From Bryobacterales bacterium (GTDB lineage: Bacteria > Acidobacteriota > Terriglobia > Bryobacterales > Bryobacteraceae): a stretch of 64,000 nt of DNA. The notes beneath the pieces are model-generated. The model saw only the letters and a list, made by a program, of their open reading frames with translations, did no database searches and was not told the origin of the DNA. The translations under genes and the position numbers were made by a program. Where the stretch lies: assembly GCA_963791675.1 (NCBI GenBank), contig CAWBTD010000002.1:120-64119 (forward strand), written 5' to 3'. Shown in pieces: positions 1 through 9,783 of the stretch (position 1 is its first letter; each line of letters starts with the position of its first letter).

Positions 1-341
1 CGCTCTTGCATGCTTCGAAGTGTGTCATCTTTGGAAAGCACCTCGATGCAGAGCAGGGGAGGCTGAGTAAAAACAGCTTCGATCTCCTGGTCTCTTGAGA
101 TGACACTGACATCTGGAACGCGAAAACGATGTGGTGCCACCTGAATCCGTTGCTCTGGAAGAACTCGAATGTGCCAATCGCGTTGACGAGCGCGCATGCA
201 CATCACTAAAGCACCCTGTAAGTTGCTGTGCTCGTATTCCCCCATGTTCCGTTCCACAAGTTGCCCATTGACCCACTCACGGTCTGGTCGATAGCCGGTT
301 TCCAAGTATTCTTGGATAGAAACAAGGGCTGTGGTAGACAT
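1..341 (-). CDS. Uma2-family (DUF820) putative endonuclease, C-terminus cut by window edge
   Basis: Absent from the ORF track because it runs off the window. My translation of the minus strand from the ATG at 341-339 gives MSTTALVSIQEYLETGYRPDREWVNGQLVERNMGEYEHSNLQGALV...HRFRVPDVSVISRDQ...PPLLCIEVLSKDD. This is the usual Uma2 pattern (E..G, PDvsV, iEVlS). Confidence 0.6.
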   Translation of the reverse strand, partial: MSTTALVSIQEYLETGYRPDREWVNGQLVERNMGEYEHSNLQGALVMCMRARQRDWHIRVLPEQRIQVAPHRFRVPDVSVISRDQEIEAVFTQPPLLCIEVLSKDDTLRSMQE

Positions 342-434
342 TAGGTGCCGTTTTCATTATGGCGGGAAATTCTTGAAGTATGTACAGTCCTAGCAGTTAG
401 CTTAGCTCTATGCCAGTCGCTACAATGACGAATA

Positions 435-1592
435 ATGCTTCTGCGCTGGATGAAATTGCAGAATATTTTGTCTTTCCGGGAAACAACACTGGATCTACAA
501 AATCTCAACGTCCTGATTGGCGCAAATGGCTCGGGCAAAACAAATTTGATCGACTGTGTTGGCCTTCTAAATGCCGCACCATCAAATTTCGCCCGATTTA
601 TTTATCAAGGTGGCGGAGCAAACGTGTGGCTTTGGAAAGGATCTGCTTCTCCTGCCGATTCAGCAGAGATAGCTTGTCGCTTTTTCGTTGGCCCGGATAA
701 TTTCGAATATAGCCTTAAATTTAGAACTATTCAAGATCGTCCTCTTATTGAGGATGAGCGATGTTCTTGGGGGCTGGGGTTCAAAAATTCACGGCTCCTG
801 TTTGAACGAAAAGCGGATGGCAGTATCCTGCTTGGAAAAGGTGTTGTAAACGAACATAATGAATCTCGTTTACTTAATTTAATTGGCTCTGATGAATCTT
901 ATTGGGCAAGTTCCAAGAATCCTCTGGATTCAACACCCCTCAACCAACTTGGCCAGCTATTAGGTCAGATTCGGATTTTTAAGCAATTCCAAACAGGTGC
1001 TACTTCACCTTTACGGGTTGGAATTTCAAGCGCCGCGCCAAATGACTACCTAGAACCAGATGGTTCTAACTTGGTTCCAGTAATCGCTAAATTAGAGTTT
1101 GAAAATTTACTTGAACCTATTTATTCCTATTTAAGAAGGCTCTACAGCGGTTTTGAAGAATTAAAAGTATCACCGGGTCAGACGGCGTTGCTGTATTGGA
1201 AAGAGGAGAACCTGAATCGCATTCCGGCACTTCGGATGTCCGAGGGAACTCTTAAGTTTCTTTGTCTTCTTACCATATTGCTCCACCCCCAAGCACCACC
1301 CCTTGTGTGTCTTGAAGAGCCAGAAATAGGTCTCCATCCGGACGCCGTTACCATTCTTGCTGAAGTTTTGAAGGAAGCCTCGCAACGTATGCAGTTGATT
1401 GTTACCACGCATTCCGAGGCTCTCATCAGCGCGCTTTCGGACACACCGGACAGCGTTGTTGTTTGCGAACGGGACTTTGATGGAGGAACGCAGTTTCGCC
1501 GTCTTTCCAGCGAGAAGCTGAAGGAATGGCTCGAAGATTACTCCCTGGGCGAGCTTTGGCGCCGGGGTGAAATCGGTGCGAATCGTTGGTAA
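435..1592 (+). CDS. ABC/AAA_21-type (SMC/RecF-like) ATPase
   Basis: Walker A is LIGANGSGKTN. An ABC-signature-like MSEGTLKFL, Walker B LVCLEEPEIGLHPD and H-loop VTTHS follow. The true start may be the ATG at 450 (MKLQNILSF). Confidence 0.8.
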   Translation: MLLRWMKLQNILSFRETTLDLQNLNVLIGANGSGKTNLIDCVGLLNAAPSNFARFIYQGGGANVWLWKGSASPADSAEIACRFFVGPDNFEYSLKFRTIQDRPLIEDERCSWGLGFKNSRLLFERKADGSILLGKGVVNEHNESRLLNLIGSDESYWASSKNPLDSTPLNQLGQLLGQIRIFKQFQTGATSPLRVGISSAAPNDYLEPDGSNLVPVIAKLEFENLLEPIYSYLRRLYSGFEELKVSPGQTALLYWKEENLNRIPALRMSEGTLKFLCLLTILLHPQAPPLVCLEEPEIGLHPDAVTILAEVLKEASQRMQLIVTTHSEALISALSDTPDSVVVCERDFDGGTQFRRLSSEKLKEWLEDYSLGELWRRGEIGANRW

Positions 1593-2164
1593 GGGAACTT
1601 CGGTTATATTTCGAGGGAGATCCAAGACTTCGGGAAGGCTTTCATTCCTTTTTAAAGGAAATCGTGGAAGCAGCTAAACAACGGTGCTCTTTTGCTTTGA
1701 TTGCAACAAAAGGTACACCGGTTCGCGATTACTTAAAAGGAGTGAAAAGCCATCCTGATGCCCTGAACCTTCTCTTGCTCGACAGCGACCGTCCGCCGGA
1801 ATCAAGAACTCTGGAAGCACTTTGTCAAGCTAAGGGAATCGGTCTTGAGCATAAGGAGCGAGTGTTCTGGATGGTGGAGGTCATGGAGACTTGGTTTCTG
1901 TCCGACCGTGAAGCACTTTCCGAGTATTATGGACAAAACTTTCATGAAGGCGCACTCCCGCGTAATTCAAAATTAGAACTCATTTCAAAACAAGACGTTC
2001 TTGATGGCTTGAAATCTGCGACTCTCTCTACAGGGAAAGGCGCATACCACAAAACGAAACATGCTCCGGCACTGCTTCGATCTCTGGATGCACGCAAAGT
2101 GGAGGCAGGCTGCCCGCATTGCAAACGCTTGTTTGAAGCATTGAGACGGCAACTCGCCAGCTAA
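1586..2164 (+). CDS. Small Toprim-like protein (DUF4276/DUF4435/RloB-type partner of the ATPase)
   Basis: The TTG start overlaps the ATPase stop by 7 nt. The N-terminal LRLYFEGD (acidic Glu) and later LLLLDSD (DxD) fit a Toprim-like layout. The exact family cannot be assigned by eye. Confidence 0.55.
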   Translation: MVRELRLYFEGDPRLREGFHSFLKEIVEAAKQRCSFALIATKGTPVRDYLKGVKSHPDALNLLLLDSDRPPESRTLEALCQAKGIGLEHKERVFWMVEVMETWFLSDREALSEYYGQNFHEGALPRNSKLELISKQDVLDGLKSATLSTGKGAYHKTKHAPALLRSLDARKVEAGCPHCKRLFEALRRQLAS

Positions 2165-2415
2165 CGCTTGGCCGCGAGTTCCTGCATCACACTGGCGATT
2201 AATTCCTTGGCATCCGCAATCGATTTGGTGATAAGTTGAATATCCATCGCGGGCTTACCTGGCTGCCGAATGCTTTGGCAATATACGCCATGTTGACCGG
2301 TGAGCACTAAGGCGTCAGTCAAGATATCCAGCGTTACGGCTAACCGTCCGCGAGGAACGCCCATCATAAACTCGTGCTGTTCTAGTTCGTCTTTATGATC
2401 CTGGTAAACGCTCAC
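2161..2415 (-). CDS. hypothetical protein (84 aa)
   Basis: ORF only, with a GTG start and no motif I recognise. Its 3' end overlaps the stop of the preceding gene by 4 nt. Its start is only 19 nt from the divergent DegT start. Confidence 0.3.
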   Translation of the reverse strand: MSVYQDHKDELEQHEFMMGVPRGRLAVTLDILTDALVLTGQHGVYCQSIRQPGKPAMDIQLITKSIADAKELIASVMQELAAKR

Positions 2416-2434
2416 CGTCCTTTATTCTAACGTT

Positions 2435-3553
2435 ATGGATATTCCTCAATGGCCAGTGATGGGCGAGCGGGAGTTGGAACTGCTTGGGCAGGTGCTGGCC
2501 AGTGATCGCTGGGGCGGGTTTCACGAGTTTGTTAGCCGATTTGAACGTGAGTTTGCAGCTTTTCAACACTGCTCTTATGGTGTGAGCGCCATGAACGGCA
2601 CTGTAACCCTGGAAATGGTCTTAGAAGCTCTTGGCATAGGTTCCGATGCTGAAGTGATTGTACCTGCCATCTCTTTCATTTCCACGGCAACAGCAGTTTC
2701 CCGGGTAGGCGCCATTCCAGTTTTTGTAGACATTGAATCGGATACTTTTGCGATTGATCCAAAGCGAGTAGCAGCCGCGGTTACCAAAAAGACGCGAGCC
2801 ATCATGGCCGTGCATTTTGGTGGACCTATGGCAAATATGGATTCATTGTGCGCTCTTGCGCAACAACACTCTCTAGCATTAATAGAAGATGCTGCTCACT
2901 CTCAAGGAGCAGAGTGGCGGGGCAAGCGAGCAGGCAGCTTTGGAATTGCAGGTTCCTTCAGCTTCCAGAACTCAAAAGTGATGACTGCCGGAGAAGGAGG
3001 CATTCTGACTTCTAATGATGAGGAACTAAGTGAACAAGTTCGCAGTATCGCGAATCAGGGGCGCAGCAGAGCAGGGAACTGGTTTCAGCATGATTCCCTC
3101 GGCACAAATTACCGAATGACGGCTTTTCAAGCGGCCATTCTCCTAGCTCAACTGGAGCGCCTGCCTGAACAGAACGTTCGACGGGAGCGCAATGCCGCCA
3201 TACTTCGAAAATCGTTGGGCGGAGTTCCGGGACTGCGTTTACAACGGATTCGGCCAGATGCGCAGGTGCATACCAATTACCTGTTTCTGGGGAGAATAGA
3301 GGAAGCACAACTGGGCAAATCGCGGGACGACTTTCACCAAATCGTTACCAGAGCCGGAATTCCTTGCACCGCTTTCTACCCTCATACGCTGTATCGAAAT
3401 CCCGTTTACCAGAAGTTACCGTGTCGAGTAGAACCATGTCCTGTTTCAGAAGAATGCATCCAGGATGCATTCTGGCTTCCTCACCGCGTATTACTTGGAT
3501 CTGAGGAAGAAACAAAAGAATTGGCCAACATACTTCGTCAGGCGTGCGAATAG
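2435..3553 (+). CDS. DegT/DnrJ/EryC1/StrS-family PLP-dependent sugar aminotransferase
   Basis: Family-typical blocks are present: NGTVTLEMVLEALGIG, VPAISFISTA, EDAAHSQGA and the PLP-lysine region FSFQNSKVMTAGEGG. Confidence 0.9.
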   Translation: MDIPQWPVMGERELELLGQVLASDRWGGFHEFVSRFEREFAAFQHCSYGVSAMNGTVTLEMVLEALGIGSDAEVIVPAISFISTATAVSRVGAIPVFVDIESDTFAIDPKRVAAAVTKKTRAIMAVHFGGPMANMDSLCALAQQHSLALIEDAAHSQGAEWRGKRAGSFGIAGSFSFQNSKVMTAGEGGILTSNDEELSEQVRSIANQGRSRAGNWFQHDSLGTNYRMTAFQAAILLAQLERLPEQNVRRERNAAILRKSLGGVPGLRLQRIRPDAQVHTNYLFLGRIEEAQLGKSRDDFHQIVTRAGIPCTAFYPHTLYRNPVYQKLPCRVEPCPVSEECIQDAFWLPHRVLLGSEEETKELANILRQACE

Positions 3554-3595
3554 ACCGCCGGGAACTTTCTGCCGAAAAATTCGTATTTTTAATAG

Positions 3596-3796
3596 ATGAT
3601 GAGCTTTCTCGTTTGGTGCCTGCTCTTTGTGGTGTGCTGGCCTGTGGCAATACTGGCTCTTATTCTGTATCCCATCGTCTGGATATTTTTACTGCCGTTC
3701 CGAATTGTTGGAATCGCGGTAGGAGGTGTACTGGAATTAATTTGGTCTTTGATCACACTCCCGGTAAGAGTTCTTCACCCGTCGCGGCGTGCGTAG
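3596..3796 (+). CDS. small hydrophobic protein (66 aa, about 2 TM helices)
   Basis: Strongly hydrophobic ORF ([35 protein letters not shown]...). Its end overlaps the start of the LuxR-type gene by 8 nt. Confidence 0.35.
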   Translation: MMSFLVWCLLFVVCWPVAILALILYPIVWIFLLPFRIVGIAVGGVLELIWSLITLPVRVLHPSRRA

Positions 3797-4043
3797 CATC
3801 GCTATGGTTCCTTCTCAGAATGAGCCCGAGAAAATAACTGCTAAGCCTGTGCTTACCGCAAGAGAAACAGAAACTCTTCAGCTATTAGCGGCAGGAAAGA
3901 CCAATAAGGAAATCGCAACTCATCTGAATCTAAGTGTTCGCACGGTGGAAACACACCGTGCGAACATCAGGACGAAATTGAACCTTCATTCCCTAGGAGA
4001 ATTGATCCATTATGCAATTTGCAACAAGATCCTCTCCCGCTAG
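3789..4043 (+). CDS. stand-alone LuxR/GerE-type helix-turn-helix protein
   Basis: [43 protein letters not shown] is the canonical GerE HTH. There is no receiver or sensor domain. The start could instead be the ATG at 3804. Confidence 0.75.
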   Translation: MRSIAMVPSQNEPEKITAKPVLTARETETLQLLAAGKTNKEIATHLNLSVRTVETHRANIRTKLNLHSLGELIHYAICNKILSR

Positions 4044-4051
4044 GAATCTAA

Positions 4052-5029
4052 TCACTGACTGAGTAGGGCACCACAACGCGCAGCACCACGCAAACCAGTG
4101 CGGTCATTCATGATTACGTGTACAGGAATGCCTTCCAACAGTTTTTCTAAACGCCCTTTTGCGGTGAAAGCACGCTGAAAGATACCTTCCTTTAACTTAC
4201 CGATGAGCCGGGGAGCAATGCCGCCTCCCAGGTACATGCCGGAAAGCGCCATGGTTTTCAGTGCCAAATTTCCTGCTTCAGAGCCATAAAGGGAAACAAA
4301 CATATTTAAAGTCTTCTCACAAAGCTCGGATTGGCCCTGCAAAGCTGCCTTGGAGATAGCTGCGGAAGGGTCACCCTCCCGAATTTGCTCTGCTAACCAA
4401 CTCGGCTCTGATCCCTTCCCCGTATCGCGGAAGAATTGATAAATATTGAACAGACCAGGACCCGAAAGAACCCGCTCCCAGCTCACGTGTTCCCACTTTT
4501 TCCATAGAAACTCGAGCAGTTCCCTTTCTTCTTGATTACAAGGACTGAATGAGCAATGGCCTCCCTCGCACGCCCAAGGGAGATGCGTCTTCCCATTCCA
4601 GAACAAGCCGGCTTCTCCCAGACCCGTACCCGCAGCAATCACTCCCCCGTTTCCATAATTTCTAGGGTCACCGGACTGCAAAGTGGCCAAATCTTCTAAG
4701 CCCAGAGTTGCAACTCCGTACGCATTTGCTTCCAGGTCGTTGATCAGGATGACCCGAACATTAAACTTTGCTTCTAATTGAGCTTGATCCAGCACCCAAG
4801 GCAAGTTGGTAGGACGTGCCACCCCGTTGGTGACAGGGCCAGCCACGCCGAAACAAAACACGCGTACAGGTTCTGGCGTTTTGGACAGAAACTCGTAAAT
4901 CACCTGATCTAAACTCGTGTAGTTTCGGCTTGGATACTCTTCTATGCGAATGGTAACGGGATTTGATGCATCTTCCGTGAAGATTCCCAAGCGCGCATTT
5001 GTGCCACCGATATCTCCGGCCAGAATCAC
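4052..5029 (-). CDS. glk: glucokinase
   Basis: N-terminal ILAGDIGGTNARLGIF, length of about 325 aa, and a 4-nt overlap with the upstream zwf gene. Confidence 0.9.
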   Translation of the reverse strand: MILAGDIGGTNARLGIFTEDASNPVTIRIEEYPSRNYTSLDQVIYEFLSKTPEPVRVFCFGVAGPVTNGVARPTNLPWVLDQAQLEAKFNVRVILINDLEANAYGVATLGLEDLATLQSGDPRNYGNGGVIAAGTGLGEAGLFWNGKTHLPWACEGGHCSFSPCNQEERELLEFLWKKWEHVSWERVLSGPGLFNIYQFFRDTGKGSEPSWLAEQIREGDPSAAISKAALQGQSELCEKTLNMFVSLYGSEAGNLALKTMALSGMYLGGGIAPRLIGKLKEGIFQRAFTAKGRLEKLLEGIPVHVIMNDRTGLRGAARCGALLSQ

Positions 5030-6612
5030 TGTTTATTCGTTTCCTTTCGCCAATGTCGTCCATCCTTGGCCAACAATTCATCAGAACAGGAAGGCCCCCA
5101 AGAGCCCGCAGAGTAATTGGGGAAGCCGGAAGGCTTTTTCGCCCCCCATAACTGCATCACTGGTTCCACAATCGCCCACCCTTCTTCTACGGCCTCGGCT
5201 GTTTTGAACAGAGTAGGGTCACCAATCATGCAATCAAAAATTAGGGTCTCATACCCGGTACGGCTGGATTTCCCAAAGTAATCAGCATATGAAAATTTCA
5301 TCTCCACCGGCTTCAGCAATATCTCTGGTCCTGGTTCTTTGGCTTCAATTTCCAGGGAAATGCCTTCGTTGGGCTGTAGCTGTAATACCAGACGATTCGA
5401 AATGAGCTGCTCCACGGGAGTATCGCGAAACAGCACAAACGGAGCTTGGCGGAACTGAACCGTCATTTCCGTAGTGCGTTCCGTCATCCGTTTTCCCGTG
5501 CGGAAGTAGAAGGGAACCCCGGACCAGCGCCAGTTATCCACCATCAGCTTCATGGCAACAAAGGTTTCCACGGAAGAGTCTTTGGCCACGCGATCTTCAT
5601 CTCGGTAAGCAGGCGCGGGCTTGCCGCCGGAAGTTCCGGCTCCATATTGCCCTCGCACGGCTTGGCTGCTCACTTCTTCCGGACTCAACCTTTGGACGGC
5701 CTGAAGCACCTTTGACTGTTCTTCCCGCACCGCATTCGCGCTGAATGAGTTGGGTGGCTCCATGGCAGCCAAGGCCAACAACTGCATAATGTGGTTGGGA
5801 ACCATGTCTCGCAACGCACCAGCAGTTTCGTAGTAGCCGCCGCGTGTTTCCACGCCCACTGTTTCGGCCACAGTGATCTGGATATGGTCAATATAGCGGC
5901 GGTTCCAGATCGGCTCGAAAATCCCATTCCCGAACCGGAGCACCATGATATTCTGAACAGTTTCCTTGCCCAGGTAGTGATCGATCCGGTAGATCTGGCT
6001 TTGCTGGAGGATAGCGCCAAGATCCTGATTCAGTTGTTTCGCGGATGGAAGATCTCGCCCAAATGGCTTCTCAATAATCAAGCGGCGCCAGTACCCCTCT
6101 GACTCCTTGGTTAATCCGGCAACGTCCAACTGTTTTGGCACTTCGGCAAAAAACTCCGGAGCGGTGGCCAGGTAGAAAAGGTAATTTCCTCCGGTACCGT
6201 GCTGCGCATCGACATCTTCCAGCTTTTTGCGGAGTTCTCCGTAGCCGGGCTGGTTATCGAAAGCGGAGCGAACATAGAAGAAACGCTCTTCCAGCCAGGA
6301 AGCTGTGGCAGTGTCGAAATCCGGTGATACAAATTCTTTCAGTGCTTCTTGTACTTTTTGCCGGAATCCTTCCTCGCCTCCCACATCGGTACGAGCAAAG
6401 CCAACTACAGCAAATTGATCGGGAAGCCGCTTGTCGCGACGGAGGTTATAAAGGGTGGGGATGAGAAGGCGTTTGGTAAGGTCGCCTCCTGCTCCAAAAA
6501 TCACAAGCACGCATGGACCGGCTGAAGCACTACGCATGAATCGACTCGCTTTCGGGTGTTCCGCTTGCAAGCCGGTATCCAGAAACGAGGAGGCCGCCCG
6601 GGGAGCAGGCAC
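5026..6612 (-). CDS. zwf: glucose-6-phosphate 1-dehydrogenase
   Basis: NADP site VIFGAGGDLTKRLL and active-site motif RIDHYLGKETVQN. Confidence 0.95.
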   Translation of the reverse strand: MPAPRAASSFLDTGLQAEHPKASRFMRSASAGPCVLVIFGAGGDLTKRLLIPTLYNLRRDKRLPDQFAVVGFARTDVGGEEGFRQKVQEALKEFVSPDFDTATASWLEERFFYVRSAFDNQPGYGELRKKLEDVDAQHGTGGNYLFYLATAPEFFAEVPKQLDVAGLTKESEGYWRRLIIEKPFGRDLPSAKQLNQDLGAILQQSQIYRIDHYLGKETVQNIMVLRFGNGIFEPIWNRRYIDHIQITVAETVGVETRGGYYETAGALRDMVPNHIMQLLALAAMEPPNSFSANAVREEQSKVLQAVQRLSPEEVSSQAVRGQYGAGTSGGKPAPAYRDEDRVAKDSSVETFVAMKLMVDNWRWSGVPFYFRTGKRMTERTTEMTVQFRQAPFVLFRDTPVEQLISNRLVLQLQPNEGISLEIEAKEPGPEILLKPVEMKFSYADYFGKSSRTGYETLIFDCMIGDPTLFKTAEAVEEGWAIVEPVMQLWGAKKPSGFPNYSAGSWGPSCSDELLAKDGRHWRKETNKQ

Positions 6613-6685
6613 ATTGATCCTTACCCTGGGAATATGGTAAGTTCTTTATTTAACAGCTACTTTGCTATTTCCTGTTTGAAAATCA

Positions 6686-7138
6686 ATGGACTCTACGCTT
6701 CACGCGCTAGGCCAAATCGTGCTGAATGGCCTGCCGACCTTCTTCTTAATTATCCTCTTGCAGTTTTATTTGAAGCGCGTTTTTTTTCGTCCATTAGAAA
6801 AGACGCTGCAACAGAGGTACGAAGTTACAGAGGGCGCACAAAAGAATGCGGATGAAGCGTTACGGAACGCTGACCGCCGCATTGCCGAGTACGAAGCAGC
6901 CTTGGATAAAGCGCGCGGCGAGATGTATGCGGAGCAGGAAAAGGTATATAAGCGCATTCATGAGGAGCAAGGGATTGCTCTGGAAGCTGCCCGGCGCAAA
7001 GCCGAAGAGATCCTTCTGCGTGCCAAGACCGATTTAGCTGCAGAGAAACAAGCGGCTTTTGAAGGCCTTGCCGCCCAAAGTGACGATTTGGCGAACCGGA
7101 TTGCGGACTCTATCCTGATTAAGGGTAAAGCTGCTTGA
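6686..7138 (+). CDS. F-type ATP synthase Fo subunit b/b' (first copy)
   Basis: One N-terminal TM helix followed by a long charged coiled coil. It is the first gene of the atp operon. Confidence 0.8.
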   Translation: MDSTLHALGQIVLNGLPTFFLIILLQFYLKRVFFRPLEKTLQQRYEVTEGAQKNADEALRNADRRIAEYEAALDKARGEMYAEQEKVYKRIHEEQGIALEAARRKAEEILLRAKTDLAAEKQAAFEGLAAQSDDLANRIADSILIKGKAA

Positions 7139-7665
7139 GTCGCTATTTTTCATTTTTTGTTTTGGCAATGCCTCTTGCCGCTGCCGAAGAAGCGGCTGAG
7201 AAGGATATGACGCCTTGGCTTTGGGCGAATTTCATCATTTTAGTGATTGCTCTGGGGTATCTGACCAAAAAGTACGGCGGTCCTTTTTTGGCGGCCCGCT
7301 CTGCCAACATTCAGCAGGGGATCGCGGCGGCAAATGCCCGGAAAGCGGAAGCTGACCGTCGCGTGGCAGATGTGGAAGCGCGGCTGGCGAATCTAGGTGG
7401 AGAGATCGAGAAGCTGAAAACGGAGATTCGCGCCGAGCAGGGCAGGGAAGCCGATCGGATTGCTGCCCGGAATGCCGTCGATATTGCACGAATTCACCAG
7501 CAGGCCGAACAGGAAATAGATGCTTTAACAAAAGCAGCCCGCTTGGAATTGCAGGAACATGCCGGCAATCTGGCCCTGCAATTGGCTGAACAAAAAATCC
7601 GCGCTCGCATGAACCCTGAGACGCAGCGCAAACTGAACCGCGACTTCCTCAATAGCATTTCGTAG
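7135..7665 (+). CDS. atpF: F-type ATP synthase Fo subunit b/b' (second copy)
   Basis: The TTG start overlaps the previous stop. It has a TM helix plus an A/E/R/K-rich coiled coil, and lies directly upstream of delta. Confidence 0.8.
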   Translation: MSRYFSFFVLAMPLAAAEEAAEKDMTPWLWANFIILVIALGYLTKKYGGPFLAARSANIQQGIAAANARKAEADRRVADVEARLANLGGEIEKLKTEIRAEQGREADRIAARNAVDIARIHQQAEQEIDALTKAARLELQEHAGNLALQLAEQKIRARMNPETQRKLNRDFLNSIS

Positions 7666-7671
7666 TTTTTC

Positions 7672-8220
7672 ATGACCACCTCTGCTTTAGCTACCCGATA
7701 CGCGAGCGCCCTCGTGGATGTAGTAACCAGCCCCAATTCCGGCGTTGATCCAAAGGAGGCTTTAGATCAATTGCGTAGTTTTCGTGATCTAATGCAACAG
7801 TCCGCCGATCTCCGGAATAGCTTGGCAACTCCTGCCGTGTCTCTTCCCCGAAAGCGGGCGGTGGTGGATCGTATGGTGACGGCGCTCGGGATCTCCCGTG
7901 TGATCCGGAATTTTTTACTGGTTCTTACCGATAAACGGCGTTTGGATGTTTTGAACGAAATTACGGAAGCTTTCGACATCCTGCTGGATGAGCGGTTAGG
8001 TTTTCTTCGCGCGGATGTTACGTCGGCTGTCGAGATGGATGAATCGGAGCGGGCCGCTGTGACGGAGCAGCTTTCGCGGGTGACGGGCAAGCACGTGCGT
8101 ACGCGTTTTGAGATAGACAAAGAACTGATCGGCGGCGTTGTCGCACGAGTCGGATCGACGGTATACGATGGTTCCGTTCGCGGCCAGCTTGCCCAAATGG
8201 CACGGCGTTTCATGGTGTAA
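7672..8220 (+). CDS. atpH: F-type ATP synthase subunit delta (OSCP)
   Basis: Position between b and alpha, about 180 aa, with ATRYASALVDV near the N-terminus and C-terminal IGGVVARVGSTVYDGSVRGQL. Confidence 0.9.
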   Translation: MTTSALATRYASALVDVVTSPNSGVDPKEALDQLRSFRDLMQQSADLRNSLATPAVSLPRKRAVVDRMVTALGISRVIRNFLLVLTDKRRLDVLNEITEAFDILLDERLGFLRADVTSAVEMDESERAAVTEQLSRVTGKHVRTRFEIDKELIGGVVARVGSTVYDGSVRGQLAQMARRFMV

Positions 8221-8235
8221 AGCAAGGAACGAATT

Positions 8236-9783
8236 ATGGCTCATATTCGAGCAGATGAAATTACAAACATTCTCCGGCAGGAGATTGAGAATTACGAACG
8301 CGCTGTAGATGTTACCGAAGTGGGTTCGGTGATGTCGGTCGGCGATGGAATTGCGCGCATTCATGGCTTACAGCGCGTCATGGCTGGTGAGTTGATCGAG
8401 TTTCCTCATGGCGTTTCGGGCATTGCCATGAACCTGGAAGAAGACCAGGTGGGCGCAGTGCTGCTGGGCGAGCCAACACTGATTCGCGAAGGCGATGAGG
8501 TGAAGAGGACCAATCGAATCATGTCCGTTCCGGTTGGGGAAGCCATGATTGGGCGGGTAGTGGACGCGTTAGGCCGTCCCATTGACGGCAAAGGCCCGAT
8601 TCACACAGATCAGTTCAACCCGATTGAGCGCCTTGCTCCGGGCGTGGTAGACCGCCAACCCGTAAAACAGCCGATGCAGACGGGCATCAAGGCCGTGGAC
8701 GCCATGATTCCGATTGGCCGTGGGCAGCGTGAATTGATTATTGGCGACCGGCAAACTGGAAAGACAGCGATTGCGATCGACACTATTCTGAATCAAAAAG
8801 GCGGCGACATGATCTGCATCTATGTCGCTGTGGGGCAGAAGAAATCCACGGTTCGGCAGTTGGTGAAAACGCTGGAAGACTTCGGCGCCATGGAATATTC
8901 CATTGTGGTTTCGGCCAGTGCTTCTGAGGCGGCTCCCATGCAGTACCTGGCTCCTTATGCCGGATGCGCTATGGGCGAATACTTCCGCGATAGCGGACGC
9001 CACGCGCTGACCATCTACGACGATCTTTCCAAACACGCCGCCGCGTACCGCGAGATTTCTTTGCTGCTGCGGCGTCCCCCAGGGCGGGAAGCCTTCCCGG
9101 GAGACGTGTTTTATCTCCATAGCCGCCTCTTGGAACGTGCCGCTAAGCTGTCAGACAAGTTAGGCGGTGGTTCGCTCACTTCCCTGCCATTTATTGAAAC
9201 TCAGGCAGGCGACGTTTCCGCGTATATTCCTACCAACGTCATCTCCATTACGGATGGCCAGATTTACCTGGAAGCGGATTTGTTCAATTCCAATATCCGG
9301 CCAGCGATCAACGTCGGTCTTTCCGTGAGCCGCGTCGGTGGTTCCGCGCAAATTGGCGCCATGAAGAAGGTTGCCGGAACACTGCGCCTGGACTTGGCCC
9401 AATATCGCGAACTGGCTGCTTTCGCCCAATTTGGCAGCGACTTGGATAAGTCTTCGCAAGCTCAATTGAATCGCGGAAAACGCCTGATTGAGATTTTGAA
9501 GCAAAAGCAATACGCTCCCCTGCCGGTAGAAAAGCAGGTGGCGATTGTGTTTGCCGGCACTACCGGCATGGTGGATGACCTTCCGGTGGAGCAGATCCGT
9601 GAGTTCGAAGAAGGGCTGTACAGTTTCTTCGACAATGCTCGTCCTGGTGTTCTGGAAGCGATTCGCACGCAAAAGAAACTTGACGATCCGATCCGCAAAG
9701 ACCTGACGGACGCCATCAACGAATACAAGAAGAGATTCGTTTCGGAGCGGCAAGGCGCGAAAGCGCAGCCCGCCCATGCCTAG
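8236..9783 (+). CDS. atpA: F-type ATP synthase subunit alpha
   Basis: Walker [16 protein letters not shown], and the whole protein looks like a typical AtpA. Confidence 0.97.
   Translation: MAHIRADEITNILRQEIENYERAVDVTEVGSVMSVGDGIARIHGLQRVMAGELIEFPHGVSGIAMNLEEDQVGAVLLGEPTLIREGDEVKRTNRIMSVPVGEAMIGRVVDALGRPIDGKGPIHTDQFNPIERLAPGVVDRQPVKQPMQTGIKAVDAMIPIGRGQRELIIGDRQTGKTAIAIDTILNQKGGDMICIYVAVGQKKSTVRQLVKTLEDFGAMEYSIVVSASASEAAPMQYLAPYAGCAMGEYFRDSGRHALTIYDDLSKHAAAYREISLLLRRPPGREAFPGDVFYLHSRLLERAAKLSDKLGGGSLTSLPFIETQAGDVSAYIPTNVISITDGQIYLEADLFNSNIRPAINVGLSVSRVGGSAQIGAMKKVAGTLRLDLAQYRELAAFAQFGSDLDKSSQAQLNRGKRLIEILKQKQYAPLPVEKQVAIVFAGTTGMVDDLPVEQIREFEEGLYSFFDNARPGVLEAIRTQKKLDDPIRKDLTDAINEYKKRFVSERQGAKAQPAHA

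Noticed and set aside
2416-2434. A 19-nt divergent intergenic region (2161-2415 ORF versus DegT), and likewise the 7-nt region between aroA and the asparaginase gene, as unusual regulatory regions
   Set aside because: These are most simply explained by uncertain start codons (GTG/TTG calls) or by promoters embedded in the neighbouring coding sequence. No specific element is visible.
3544-3837. 97-aa ORF overlapping the DegT stop and the small membrane ORF
   Set aside because: It is an alternative frame of the same region with a less protein-like translation. It would also overlap the LuxR-type gene start extensively.
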